Notes under the pieces: model-generated | Database searches by the model: none | Told to the model about the DNA's origin: nothing | The model's input: the letters and a program-made list of their open reading frames with translations, nothing else | Program-made: the position numbers and the translations under genes | Part shown: positions 10,076-19,676 of the stretch, piece after piece | Layout of the letters: every line of letters starts with the position of its first letter | Position numbering within the stretch: the stretch's first letter is position 1 | From: Candidatus Woesearchaeota archaeon B3_Woes | GTDB taxonomy: Archaea > Nanobdellota > Nanobdellia > Woesearchaeales > B3-WOES | DNA: 64,000 bases | Direction: 5' to 3' | NCBI GenBank assembly: GCA_005222965.1 | Contig: NJBG01000001.1 | Span: 82,323 to 146,322, forward strand

Positions 10076-10381
10076 CTATTGAAGAATTATATGACGGATA
10101 TGATAAGGTGTCCATTTGGGTTCAAAACCAATACAATGAGGATAACAAGGTTCAATTTTAGCAAGGATTGAAGATTTTCCTAATAAATGTTTAGCAACAG
10201 TTCTATGAGTTCCGTCATTTAAATAATATTTCCCAGTATGTACACAATAACTAACAGACACAGGATCTACTTCTTCTCCTTGATGATATCTCACCATATA
10301 TTTTCTGACCTTTTTTTGAGTTACTTCTGGATAATCTAATAATAAATCTTCAATCTTTAATTCCAATAAGTTATCTGTCAT
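10076..10381 (-). CDS. ParB/Srx N-terminal-like domain protein
   Basis: DPVSV...YYLNDGTHRTVA motif. Confidence 0.75.
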   Translation of the reverse strand: MTDNLLELKIEDLLLDYPEVTQKKVRKYMVRYHQGEEVDPVSVSYCVHTGKYYLNDGTHRTVAKHLLGKSSILAKIEPCYPHCIGFEPKWTPYHIRHIILQ

Positions 10382-10514
10382 AATAATTAAGAAATAATGT
10401 CAATAATTTAAAGCCTTTGTTGTCAACTTTTTAGATGAAATTTTCTTAATGCAAATCATCGCTTAATCATCTGAGCAGAAACCTTTATATAAAACTAAAA
10501 ACCATATAAATTAA

Positions 10515-11147
10515 ATGAAGAAACAAAATACATTAATGAACCTCATAGGCCAAATAAGATTTTATTCTCTTGTAGATTTAATGATTCTTCTTATAGCAAT
10601 AGGAACGAACAAACTACAATTTATCGGAGTGATCTTTTTACATTTAGGATTTATTTTGTATCTAGAATATATTCATTCTCATTCTTATAGGATGTCTTTC
10701 CCTAAATTTTTGTGGAGTATTCTATTGATCATAGGACTCATTTTTTATAATCATATTGCAGTTATTGGATTTTTGATTTGTAGCTTTTTGTATACAAGAA
10801 AGAATTTACCAACACTTGGTTTGTATAGTCCACTTTTTAGGGGTTTACAATACTATTTCCTTACTGCAGGAATTGTAGGATTTCTCAATCCCCTCTCCTT
10901 CCTAGCTGGAGTTTTGCTAACCCTTCGTAATTTTGCTGGCGATTTAAGAGATACTGTAAAAGATAGAAAAGAAGGATTAAAAACAATTCCAATCATATTT
11001 GGATTGAAGAAAAGTATTAAACATATCCATCTAATAGTCTTATTGATAACCTCCCTTGTCTGGTGGTACATCTCAGGATTATCTATCTTATGGCTTGCCA
11101 TTTTGTATGTTATTCAAATAGGAACTTATAATTTAACACCCAGATAA
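10515..11147 (+). CDS. UbiA-family prenyltransferase-like membrane protein
   Basis: Multi-TM; DLRDTVKDRKEGLKTIP matches the second Asp-rich UbiA motif. Confidence 0.7.
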   Translation: MKKQNTLMNLIGQIRFYSLVDLMILLIAIGTNKLQFIGVIFLHLGFILYLEYIHSHSYRMSFPKFLWSILLIIGLIFYNHIAVIGFLICSFLYTRKNLPTLGLYSPLFRGLQYYFLTAGIVGFLNPLSFLAGVLLTLRNFAGDLRDTVKDRKEGLKTIPIIFGLKKSIKHIHLIVLLITSLVWWYISGLSILWLAILYVIQIGTYNLTPR

Positions 11148-11179
11148 AGCACGTGCTTTCTCACCAACCTCAAAACTGA

Positions 11180-11209
11180 ACATCTCTTAATCGCGATGTT
11201 ATTTTCAAT
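11180..11209 (+). repeat. degenerate dif-like site, right-border type (ACATCTCTTAA-TCGCGATG-TTATTTTCAAT)
   Basis: Ends in the TGTTA-N4-CAAT seen in the other sites; spacer is 8 rather than 6 bp. Confidence 0.45.
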
Positions 11210-11243
11210 CGGCAAATGGTAAAACTGTGGAAAGGATAAAATG

Positions 11244-11271
11244 ATTTAATTTAATAAGATTATGGTTTTAA
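11244..11271 (+). repeat. dif-like site, left-border type (ATTTAATTTAA-TAAGAT-TATGGTTTTAA)
   Basis: TTAATAAGATT...GTTTTAA shared with 10036 and 20811. Confidence 0.5.
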
Positions 11272-12041
11272 GATAATAATAATTTAACACAATTTTTAAT
11301 GCTTGGATAAAACTTTGAGACTAAACCAGGATATTTAACAATAGTTTTAGCCCCCATATATATTGTATCCATATACATCCTCATATGATCCTTTAATCTT
11401 GGGTTAAATTTTAATATTCCTTGTTCCTTATCCATGTTCAAATCCACTGCTGCATCTGCCATATTGCCTAGCTCCCCTAGTTCAATGAATAATGTCTTAA
11501 ATCTTGATAAACCCCCTTGCAAACCCGGTTCAATAATTTCATAAAAGAGTTTAGCTGTTAGTCTACCAACTCTTTTTCTATTTTTAATATAAGTTTTTAT
11601 ATCAGGGGAATTTGACTCAGTATTCACTGCATGATATAATTCAGTAAAGCTTTTTAGAATATTATCATACCTATCAGGTTCTATCTGTTTTTTTAGAAGT
11701 TCAGTTAAATATAACACTTCATCTGTTTCAGTCTCAGAATCAAATTTTTCAGATTTATCTCTTAACCTTTCAAGAACCTGGATCCCAACGTTACAATCAA
11801 AATCGTCAATTCTATCATCAACTGTCTTAATCCATATTGAGAGTATTCCAATTTTTTTTCTAACATCCTCTGGCACATATGAAATATTAAAGTAATCTAA
11901 ATATGATACAACCCTGTCACTGATATTTCTATATGGGACATACCTCTCTTCCATTATCAAAGATTTAATATCTGGCCCTTTGCTAGATGTTTCTTCTTCA
12001 ATTAACTGGATTAGGCTTTTACAATTTTCGTCTCTTCTCAT
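11268..12041 (-). CDS. class I isoprenoid/terpene synthase-fold protein
   Basis: DDRIDD first Asp-rich motif and NMADAAVDLNMDKEQG second motif, helical composition. Confidence 0.7.
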   Translation of the reverse strand: MRRDENCKSLIQLIEEETSSKGPDIKSLIMEERYVPYRNISDRVVSYLDYFNISYVPEDVRKKIGILSIWIKTVDDRIDDFDCNVGIQVLERLRDKSEKFDSETETDEVLYLTELLKKQIEPDRYDNILKSFTELYHAVNTESNSPDIKTYIKNRKRVGRLTAKLFYEIIEPGLQGGLSRFKTLFIELGELGNMADAAVDLNMDKEQGILKFNPRLKDHMRMYMDTIYMGAKTIVKYPGLVSKFYPSIKNCVKLLLS

Positions 12042-12134
12042 CTTAAAAACCTAAAGAAATTCTTTAGGCACCTTATTAGTACCTCTTTATGTTTAGAAAT
12101 ATTCAATCATTTAAAAATTTTCCTTTAATTAATT

Positions 12135-12755
12135 TCACAAATTAAGATAATCTAATTTTTGAATAACTCCTTTTACTCTTTCTTCCTTTTGCTGTAACAC
12201 TGTCATAGCATCCCAAGTTCCATTCAAGAAAGCTTGTCTTCTTCCTTCAGATATATCTAAATCAATAGATTTACCATCATATCTGATAACCTTATCAGCA
12301 AGACTAAGTAAGATTTTAGTAGAAGGTTCTTGTTTTACAAAATCTGCTAATTCTGTAGCATCTTGTGGAGAAACAGTAACTCCTACAACACCTAAACTTG
12401 CACAATTCCCAGCAAAAATCTCTGCAAAACTTGGAGCTATTATTGCATTAAGTCCGTATCTATGTAAAGCTTGGGGTGCGTGTTCTCTTGAAGATCCACA
12501 TCCATAATTAGCACCACCTATAAGAATTGTAGCGCCTTGATATTTTGGATCATTAAATGGGTGATCTTCTATTGGTTTCCCATCTTTGAATCTTTCATCA
12601 AAATATGCGTAATCTCCCATATTTGCAAAAGTAATCTCTTTCAAATATCTTGCAGGAACAATATCATCAGTATTTTGATCATTTGCAGGTTTTGGAATAC
12701 CTCTTCCTTTTAGTTCGATTATTTGGTTTTCAGGAATTATAAATTTATCACTCAT
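12135..12755 (-). CDS. leuD: 3-isopropylmalate dehydratase small subunit
   Basis: NTDDIVPARYLK, NYGCGSSREHAPQAL, SFAEIF. Confidence 0.95.
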   Translation of the reverse strand: MSDKFIIPENQIIELKGRGIPKPANDQNTDDIVPARYLKEITFANMGDYAYFDERFKDGKPIEDHPFNDPKYQGATILIGGANYGCGSSREHAPQALHRYGLNAIIAPSFAEIFAGNCASLGVVGVTVSPQDATELADFVKQEPSTKILLSLADKVIRYDGKSIDLDISEGRRQAFLNGTWDAMTVLQQKEERVKGVIQKLDYLNL

Positions 12756-12756
12756 T

Positions 12757-14157
12757 TTATTTACCTCTTAAGTAAGGTGTTGGATCAGCGATTTTTCCTG
12801 CTATTGCTGAAGCTGCAGCCATGTATGGGCTCATTAAATGAGTTCTCCCAGTAGGACTTCCTTGTCTTCCTTTAAAATTCCGATTTGATGTAGAAGCGCT
12901 TCTTTGATAACCTTCTAGTTTATCTGGATTCATTGCAAGACACATTGAACAACCCGCATATCTCCACTCTGCTCCAGCTTCTTTAAAGATTCTATCTAAT
13001 CCTTCTTCTTCAGCTAAATATTTAATTTCCTCTGACCCTGGAACAACCAATGTTTTTACAGAAACTTTATTTCCTGCTAATACTTCAGCTGCTGCTTCTA
13101 AATCACTTAATCTTCCATTTGTACACGAACCAATGAAAGCTACATCTATTGGTGTTCCAGCAATTTGATCTCCTGCTTTCAATCCCATATAATTAAGAGC
13201 ATCTTCTGCTTCACTTCTTTGTTTATCAGTAAGATTATCTAAGTAAGGAATTTTTTGATCAATTTCTACTGCTTGTCCAGGATTAATGCCCCAAGATACC
13301 ATTGGTTTAACTTCAGAAACATCAAATACTACCTTATCATCATATTCTGCGTCTGGTTCAGAAGCAATTGATTTCCAGTATGCTACTGCTTTTTCAAAAT
13401 CTTTTGGAGCAAAAGCTTTTCCTTTCAAGAAATCGAAAGTTGTTTGATCAGGATTTACATAACCAGATCTGGCGCCCCCTTCAACAGCCATATTACATAA
13501 AGTCATTCTTCCTTCCATAGACATACTGTCAATTACTTCTCCGCCAAATTCATATGCAAAACCAACACCTCCTTCTACACCAAGTTGGTTTATCATATAG
13601 AGTGCTAAATCTTTAGCAGTAACTCCTTTTTGTAATTCGCCATTAAATTCAACTTTTCTAACTTTCAAAGGGTCCATGGCAAGTGTTTGTGTTGCAAGAA
13701 CATGACTAACTTGAGTAGTTCCAATACCAAATGAAAGTGCACCAAAAGCACCATATGTGCAGGTATGACTATCTCCACAAACTGCAAGAACACCTGGCAA
13801 GATTAAACCTTGTTCAGGGAATGATACGTGACATACGCCTTGTTTGCCTGAGCCTGGTGCAAAGTATTCAATACCAAATTCCTTGATTTTGGTTTCTAAA
13901 GTTTTTGTCATTAACTCTGCTTGTGAATCTTGAAAAGGTCTTGATAAATCATGTGTAGGGATTACGTGATCAACAACAGCAGTAGTAAGTTCTGGATGTT
14001 TAACGTTTAATCCTCTTTCTCTAAGCATCTCAAATGCCTGCGGACTTGTAACTTCGTGCACTAGATGTCTTCCAACAAAAAGTTGTGTTTGTCCAGTTGG
14101 TAATTTCCCTACTTCGTGATTTTTCCAAACCTTATCATAAAGTGTTCCTTTTGACAT
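12757..14157 (-). CDS. leuC: 3-isopropylmalate dehydratase large subunit (bacterial type)
   Basis: [44 protein letters not shown]. Confidence 0.96.
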   Translation of the reverse strand: MSKGTLYDKVWKNHEVGKLPTGQTQLFVGRHLVHEVTSPQAFEMLRERGLNVKHPELTTAVVDHVIPTHDLSRPFQDSQAELMTKTLETKIKEFGIEYFAPGSGKQGVCHVSFPEQGLILPGVLAVCGDSHTCTYGAFGALSFGIGTTQVSHVLATQTLAMDPLKVRKVEFNGELQKGVTAKDLALYMINQLGVEGGVGFAYEFGGEVIDSMSMEGRMTLCNMAVEGGARSGYVNPDQTTFDFLKGKAFAPKDFEKAVAYWKSIASEPDAEYDDKVVFDVSEVKPMVSWGINPGQAVEIDQKIPYLDNLTDKQRSEAEDALNYMGLKAGDQIAGTPIDVAFIGSCTNGRLSDLEAAAEVLAGNKVSVKTLVVPGSEEIKYLAEEEGLDRIFKEAGAEWRYAGCSMCLAMNPDKLEGYQRSASTSNRNFKGRQGSPTGRTHLMSPYMAAASAIAGKIADPTPYLRGK

Positions 14158-14159
14158 TT

Positions 14160-15731
14160 TTATGCTGCCTCTCTAACATATTGAACAATTAGATCCCCCA
14201 TCTCTTTGGTTGAAACTTGTTTATATCCTGGTTCCATTATATCCTGTGTTCTCGCTGTTTTTAATGCTTTATCTATTGCAGTATAAACCATTTGAGCCCC
14301 TTCTTTGTCTCCTAAGTCTTCAAGCATCATTGCAGCACTTCTAATTTCTGCAATAGGGTTTGCAATTCCTTTTCCTGCAATATCGGGGGCACTTCCAGCT
14401 ATTTGCTCATAAATTCCAAAACCTTCTGCATTAACAGCAGATGAAGGCATTATACCTAATGATTTACCTACAACAGCAGCTGCCAAATCTGTATAAATAT
14501 CCCCCATCATATTACTTGCGATTACTGTGCCTAATGATGCAGGATCCGTTAATAATGTTTCAACACTTTCTTTAACATTCATGTGTCTCAATCGATACCC
14601 TTCTTTAGAAGCATTTTGATCCAATACTTTTGCCCAATAACCAAAAGTAGGCACACCATCAATTTCTAAAGAGTCAATTGTTTCTAAACCTAATTGCGAA
14701 TTAACTCTATTTGCTACAGAACCTAAATCATTGACTGTTTTTGAATCATAATGCAAAGTGTCAAATGATACTTCATCTCCAGAACTTCTTTTTCCAAAAT
14801 ATAATCCACCGCAAAGTTCTCTAATGAATGTCCTATAAACTCCATTCTCTTTTATCTCTTGAATAGCTTCTCTATTCACAGATTTACTTCCGCTGACAAC
14901 ATCAACAATTGCTTGTAAGAAATCCCCAAACATTGCATCAGCAATAACAATTGTATTTGCATATCTTTGAGGATTAGCTGCAATCTGCATTCCAGCGTTG
15001 TCGATAATTAGTTGTCCGTTTTGAGACCATTCATTTAGTTGAACTTGCCCTTGATATTCCTGAGCAACTCTTTCAAAAGTATCACTTAACATTTTTTCAG
15101 AAACAAGAACATTGTATTTTGAAGCACATAAAACTTGTTTGCTTGTTTCTTTAGCTTTTTCAAAAGCACTTCTTACTGTTTTTTCTAAACCTGATTTGCT
15201 AAATTGTTTTCTTGTAGAATGATAATCATCTCCTTGTTCAGTAGCTCCGTTGAATAAAGATTCTTCAGGACTTATTATTTCAAAACCTTCAACTTCAATA
15301 GGATCTCTAAATAAAATTGAGTTATGAGCTAATATTGGATCAATAATAAATGGTCTGTTATTAACAACACCATATCTTTTTCTCATCCCAAGAAGAGCAA
15401 GTTCAGCAGTTCTCTTTGGTAAATCATATCTTCCAACAGCTCCAAACAAAACTGCTCCTCCAGTATCACGAGCATGATCCATAGCATCTAATGTTGCTTG
15501 TGGTAAAGTTAAGCTTCTTTTAGCATCATCATCCCATTTATCTATCTCTTCTTTCTCTTCTTCTGACATATTAGCAGTTGCTTTATCATATGCAACTCCC
15601 CCCATATCAGCGAACTTATAATCAAATTTATGACCTCTTACTTCAGAAATAGCATCTAAGACTTTAATAGCTTCATTTGTTATTTCAGGACCGATTCCAT
15701 CACCTTGTATGACTGTAATATTCTTGTTCAT
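14160..15731 (-). CDS. leuB: 3-isopropylmalate dehydrogenase with internal domain duplication (523 aa)
   Basis: [28 protein letters not shown]; operon with leuCD; central domain present twice. Confidence 0.85.
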   Translation of the reverse strand: MNKNITVIQGDGIGPEITNEAIKVLDAISEVRGHKFDYKFADMGGVAYDKATANMSEEEKEEIDKWDDDAKRSLTLPQATLDAMDHARDTGGAVLFGAVGRYDLPKRTAELALLGMRKRYGVVNNRPFIIDPILAHNSILFRDPIEVEGFEIISPEESLFNGATEQGDDYHSTRKQFSKSGLEKTVRSAFEKAKETSKQVLCASKYNVLVSEKMLSDTFERVAQEYQGQVQLNEWSQNGQLIIDNAGMQIAANPQRYANTIVIADAMFGDFLQAIVDVVSGSKSVNREAIQEIKENGVYRTFIRELCGGLYFGKRSSGDEVSFDTLHYDSKTVNDLGSVANRVNSQLGLETIDSLEIDGVPTFGYWAKVLDQNASKEGYRLRHMNVKESVETLLTDPASLGTVIASNMMGDIYTDLAAAVVGKSLGIMPSSAVNAEGFGIYEQIAGSAPDIAGKGIANPIAEIRSAAMMLEDLGDKEGAQMVYTAIDKALKTARTQDIMEPGYKQVSTKEMGDLIVQYVREAA

Positions 15732-15825
15732 TTTAGCACCACCAAATGCGTTTACTTTATAAAAAGAATAATCAAATGCTTTATAAACTTTACTTTTATA
15801 ACTACTATAAAATAGAAACTATAAT

Positions 15826-15867
15826 TGTTGCTCAACTGGTTTTTCTTTTACAACAGGTTTAGGAGCA
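15826..15867 (+). repeat. 42-bp exact copy of the 3' part of rpl31e (24036-24077)
   Basis: TGTTGCTCAACTGGTTTTTCTTTTACAACAGGTTTAGGAGCA identical at both positions. Confidence 0.95.
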
Positions 15868-15985
15868 TGGCAAATGACAAGTGTATACTCTATAATGCCT
15901 AAAACAAGAGAAATAAAGAATCACGGCCCTTCCACTATTTGCCAACACCTGCTTAATACTTCGTTTAATAGGTGTTAAATCCAAT
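15863..15985 (+). repeat. about 120-bp repeat ending in dif-like site ACTTCGTTTAA-TAGGTG-TTAAATCCAAT (15958-15985)
   Basis: Alignable along its length to 21711-21831; 3' 50 bp also at 25371-25420. Confidence 0.9.
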
Positions 15986-16081
15986 CGCCAGCATTATAAA
16001 TAAAATGATGCAAATAAATAGAGTATAGTTCAAACCAAAGAATTCGAAAAGTATTTATACTGGTATTAATCATATTTACAT

Positions 16082-16351
16082 ATGTTTGCTGTAAGGAAAT
16101 TTTATAAGAAAGTAATGGGAGCAAAAATTGGTCTTTCTGCTCAGCAGTTAAAATTAGTGTTGAGCCTGATAAAACTTAACAAAATTCATACTAAAGAAAA
16201 ACTAATTGCAATGCTTGAGTGGTTTAGAGATGAGTATTCAGAGAAAACATTAGCTAAAAAGAATGATCCATACCACGAATCTTATGATAAGGCGAGAAAA
16301 GAAGAAGTACAACCCATTATTGATCTTATAATGGTGAAACTTGAAGATTAA
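16082..16351 (+). CDS. hypothetical protein
   Basis: 89-aa ORF preceded by BRE/TATA (CGAAAAGTATTTATA). Confidence 0.55.
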   Translation: MFAVRKFYKKVMGAKIGLSAQQLKLVLSLIKLNKIHTKEKLIAMLEWFRDEYSEKTLAKKNDPYHESYDKARKEEVQPIIDLIMVKLED

Positions 16352-16359
16352 TAGTTTTT

Positions 16360-17091
16360 CTAAAGCAACAAAGCAGATTTCTTATCCAAATAAACAAAAG
16401 CCTTTTTATGATTCTTCAAAATTGATGATGGACACATTGGAGAAATTCTTTTAGTAAAACACTCTTTAACTATTTCTGATTTTCTTTTTCCAAAAACTAA
16501 ACAAATAATATTCTCGGATTTCATTATCTGTTTAATAGACATTGAAATTGCCTGCTTAGGAACATCAGAAAGTTTTGAAAACCACCCTTCTTTGAGTTGT
16601 TGCTTTCTATTAACCTCATCAAGCTTTACAATAATAAAAGGCTTAGCTGTTTTAAAATCTGCAGGAGGATCATTAAATGCCAAATGCCCATTTTCTCCAA
16701 CACCCAAAAAAGCTATATCAATTTCTTTTTTAGATATCTCCTTATTTAATAATTTAATTTCTTCTTTTGGATCTTTAGAAGTGCTTTTAATTAAATGAAC
16801 TTCACCAAGATGTATCTTATTAATTAATCTTTTCCTTAAATATCTGCGAAAGCTGGCTTTGTGTTTCTCAGGCAAACCAATATACTCATCAAGATGGAAT
16901 AATGTTACCTTGGACCAATCAATTGATTTATCTTTAATAACATTCTTAAGAAATTCAAACTGCGATGTTCCAGTTGCAGCAACAATATTAGCATGTCCTT
17001 TAGATTTAATAGCACTATTTAATATCTCAACAGCCTTTTTAGCAGCTACATAAGATGCCTCTTTTTTTGTATTATAAATTTCAAGTTTCAT
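16360..17091 (-). CDS. nagB: glucosamine-6-phosphate deaminase
   Basis: ATGTS, FHLDEYIG, GVGENGHLAFNDP. Confidence 0.9.
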   Translation of the reverse strand: MKLEIYNTKKEASYVAAKKAVEILNSAIKSKGHANIVAATGTSQFEFLKNVIKDKSIDWSKVTLFHLDEYIGLPEKHKASFRRYLRKRLINKIHLGEVHLIKSTSKDPKEEIKLLNKEISKKEIDIAFLGVGENGHLAFNDPPADFKTAKPFIIVKLDEVNRKQQLKEGWFSKLSDVPKQAISMSIKQIMKSENIICLVFGKRKSEIVKECFTKRISPMCPSSILKNHKKAFVYLDKKSALLL

Positions 17092-17179
17092 CTAACAATA
17101 AACTTCTAATTTAGAAGTATAAAAAATTATCTTTTTATCAAACAACAAATTTATATATTCATAATATTTTAATCAGGTT

Positions 17180-17971
17180 ATGGCCGTTATAGGGTTGGAT
17201 ATTGGTGGAACAAAAATAAAAGCAGGTGTTGTTTCTAATAATCGTATTTTGAAAAAGCTTGTTGTTAAAACAGGAAAAACAAAAAAAGAAGTTATCAATA
17301 ATATTCTAAGTTCTGTTGACTCTTTGTTTGATAAAAAAATCACAGCAATAGGAATTGGGTGTCCTGGCCCTGCAGATTATAATAAAGGCCTTATAAAAAA
17401 TACAACTAATCTGCCATTAGAAGGGGTTAATATTAAGAATATTATCTCAAAAAGATTTAGAAAAAAAACACTAATGGAAAATGATGCAAACTGTTTTGTT
17501 CTTGGAGAATCTATAAGATTGAAAAAGAAAAATATTATTGGATTAACATTAGGAACAGGAATTGGAGGGGGAATTGTTATCAACAACAAATTGTACAAAG
17601 GAAAAGGTAATGCAGGTGAATTAGGACATTGCACAATCAAGTTTGATGGATTAAAAGATAAATTTGGAAAAGGAAATCTAGAAGCCTATCTTTCATCAAA
17701 AGCTATTAAAAAAAGATATAATAAAGAACCGTCTAAATTATCAAAAAAAGACTGGAATGATTATGGAAAGCTATTAGGAACAGGAATTGTAAATCTTGCA
17801 CACACTTTTGATCCAGACATTATTGTAATTGGTGGAGGAATCTCAAAAGCGTTTAACTCTTTCAAAAGTAGTATGAACAATGCGATTAAAAAAAGAACTA
17901 AGTATCAATTCAAAGTCATTAAAGGTTATGAAGACAGCGGGATACTTGGAGCTGCAGCTATAGTCAAATGA
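17180..17971 (+). CDS. ROK family sugar kinase
   Basis: GLDIGGT, ENDANC, LTLGTGIGGG, AGELGH. Confidence 0.92.
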   Translation: MAVIGLDIGGTKIKAGVVSNNRILKKLVVKTGKTKKEVINNILSSVDSLFDKKITAIGIGCPGPADYNKGLIKNTTNLPLEGVNIKNIISKRFRKKTLMENDANCFVLGESIRLKKKNIIGLTLGTGIGGGIVINNKLYKGKGNAGELGHCTIKFDGLKDKFGKGNLEAYLSSKAIKKRYNKEPSKLSKKDWNDYGKLLGTGIVNLAHTFDPDIIVIGGGISKAFNSFKSSMNNAIKKRTKYQFKVIKGYEDSGILGAAAIVK

Positions 17972-18540
17972 AAAAGAAAGTTTTAGTGATAGTTGCACAT
18001 CCTGATGATGAAACAATTTGGATGGGTGGGCTTCTTCTAAAGAGTAAAGATAGTTGGAATACAACAATCATAAGTCTTTGTAGGAAAGATGATAAAGACC
18101 GAGCTCCAAAATTCAAAAAAGTTTGCAGAATCTTTAAAGCAAAATGTTTTATGTCTGATTTAGAAGATGAGAAACTAAATAAAATTCCAATAGATGAAGT
18201 TACAAAAAGGATTAAAAGATTTGCAAATAAAAATTACGATTATATTTTTACCCACGGAAAAAATGGAGAATACGGCCACAAAAGACACATCAATGTTAAC
18301 AAAGCAGTAGTTCAAATGCTAAAAGACAAATCTCTATCAGCTAAAAAAGTTTTTTTCTTTTCTTATTCAATGAAAGGGAAGATTTGTTATGCAAAGCAAA
18401 ACTCAGATAGATTTATAAAGTTAAATAAACCACAGTTAGAATCAAAGAAAAAAATCATCAAAGAGGTTTATGGTTTTGACAAAGGCTCTTTTGAAGACCT
18501 TTGTTGCAGAAATGAAGAAGCATTAAAAGAGGTAACATGA
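17968..18540 (+). CDS. PIG-L/LmbE family deacetylase
   Basis: AHPDDE and GEYGHKRH motifs. Confidence 0.88.
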   Translation: MKKKVLVIVAHPDDETIWMGGLLLKSKDSWNTTIISLCRKDDKDRAPKFKKVCRIFKAKCFMSDLEDEKLNKIPIDEVTKRIKRFANKNYDYIFTHGKNGEYGHKRHINVNKAVVQMLKDKSLSAKKVFFFSYSMKGKICYAKQNSDRFIKLNKPQLESKKKIIKEVYGFDKGSFEDLCCRNEEALKEVT

Positions 18541-19676
18541 GAAGCATAGTATTTTACGCTTATCCACCTGAAAACGATGGAACAAGCTTACAAGGACACC
18601 TGCTTTACAAAGGAATCTTGAAGACAGGCAATGATGCAGTGCCATGTCACTTTAAAGATAATCTTCAAAAAAAGTTTTTTCTAAAATATTACAAACCAGA
18701 TGTTGCTTTCGGTGTTGGGTTTTGGGGAAACGTTCCAGAGATTGTTAAAACACCAGCCAGATATGGAATTAAATCTGTTCCGTGGTTTAATGCAGATGGA
18801 TGGGTTGCTAATTATAAAGAGGAATTCGATAATCTTGATCTGATGTTTACAACAAGCGAATGGGTAAGACAAACCTATAAAAGAGATGGAATAGACATAA
18901 GCAAAATAATTCCGATGCATATTGGAATAGACACCAACTTGTTTAAGCCAACAAATAATCTAAACTTTAATAGAAGTATAAAAAATATGCTTGGAATTCA
19001 GGATAATGAAAAGATGATTCTTACGGTTGGAGGAGATACAACCTCAAAAGGCTCACAAGAAATGATGAAAGCATTAGCAGAGGTCAACAAAGAATTTAAA
19101 GATTGGAAATACGTTTGTAAATCCTGGCCTAGTGATTGTGCATCTGACTGGAGAGATAAAGAAGTTGAATTAGCTGAAGAGTTAGGTATAAGTGATAAAA
19201 TTATTTTTTTAACTGATGAATTTGGTCCTGAATTCATGGTTCATCTTTTAAACGCTGCAGATATTTATGCTGCTCCTTCAAGATTAGAAGGTTTTGGAAT
19301 GATCCAGGTAGAAGCAATGTCCTGTGGAAAACCAGTAATATCAATTAATAAGATGGGTCCATCTGAAACAATAATTCATAATAAAACAGGATTTTTAGCC
19401 AAAGTTGGTGAAGAAATAAAATTAGGTCAAGAGTGGGTTTATCCTTCAATGGGTTTTAAAACAAAACAAATAATTGAATTTGATTCACCAAAAACATTTG
19501 GATATAGAGCAGATATAAATGATCTGAGAGATTTTACTCTAAAACTTTTAACAGATTCTGATTTACGAGAACAAATGGGAAAACAAGCAAGAGAACACGT
19601 AGTTCAAAACCTTGATTACAAATATATTTCCCAGAAGATGGTAGATATAACCAAAGAAAAATTAAATTTAGATTAA
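18537..19676 (+). CDS. GT4 family glycosyltransferase
   Basis: PSRLEGFGMIQVEAMSCGKPVI motif. Confidence 0.92.
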   Translation: MRSIVFYAYPPENDGTSLQGHLLYKGILKTGNDAVPCHFKDNLQKKFFLKYYKPDVAFGVGFWGNVPEIVKTPARYGIKSVPWFNADGWVANYKEEFDNLDLMFTTSEWVRQTYKRDGIDISKIIPMHIGIDTNLFKPTNNLNFNRSIKNMLGIQDNEKMILTVGGDTTSKGSQEMMKALAEVNKEFKDWKYVCKSWPSDCASDWRDKEVELAEELGISDKIIFLTDEFGPEFMVHLLNAADIYAAPSRLEGFGMIQVEAMSCGKPVISINKMGPSETIIHNKTGFLAKVGEEIKLGQEWVYPSMGFKTKQIIEFDSPKTFGYRADINDLRDFTLKLLTDSDLREQMGKQAREHVVQNLDYKYISQKMVDITKEKLNLD

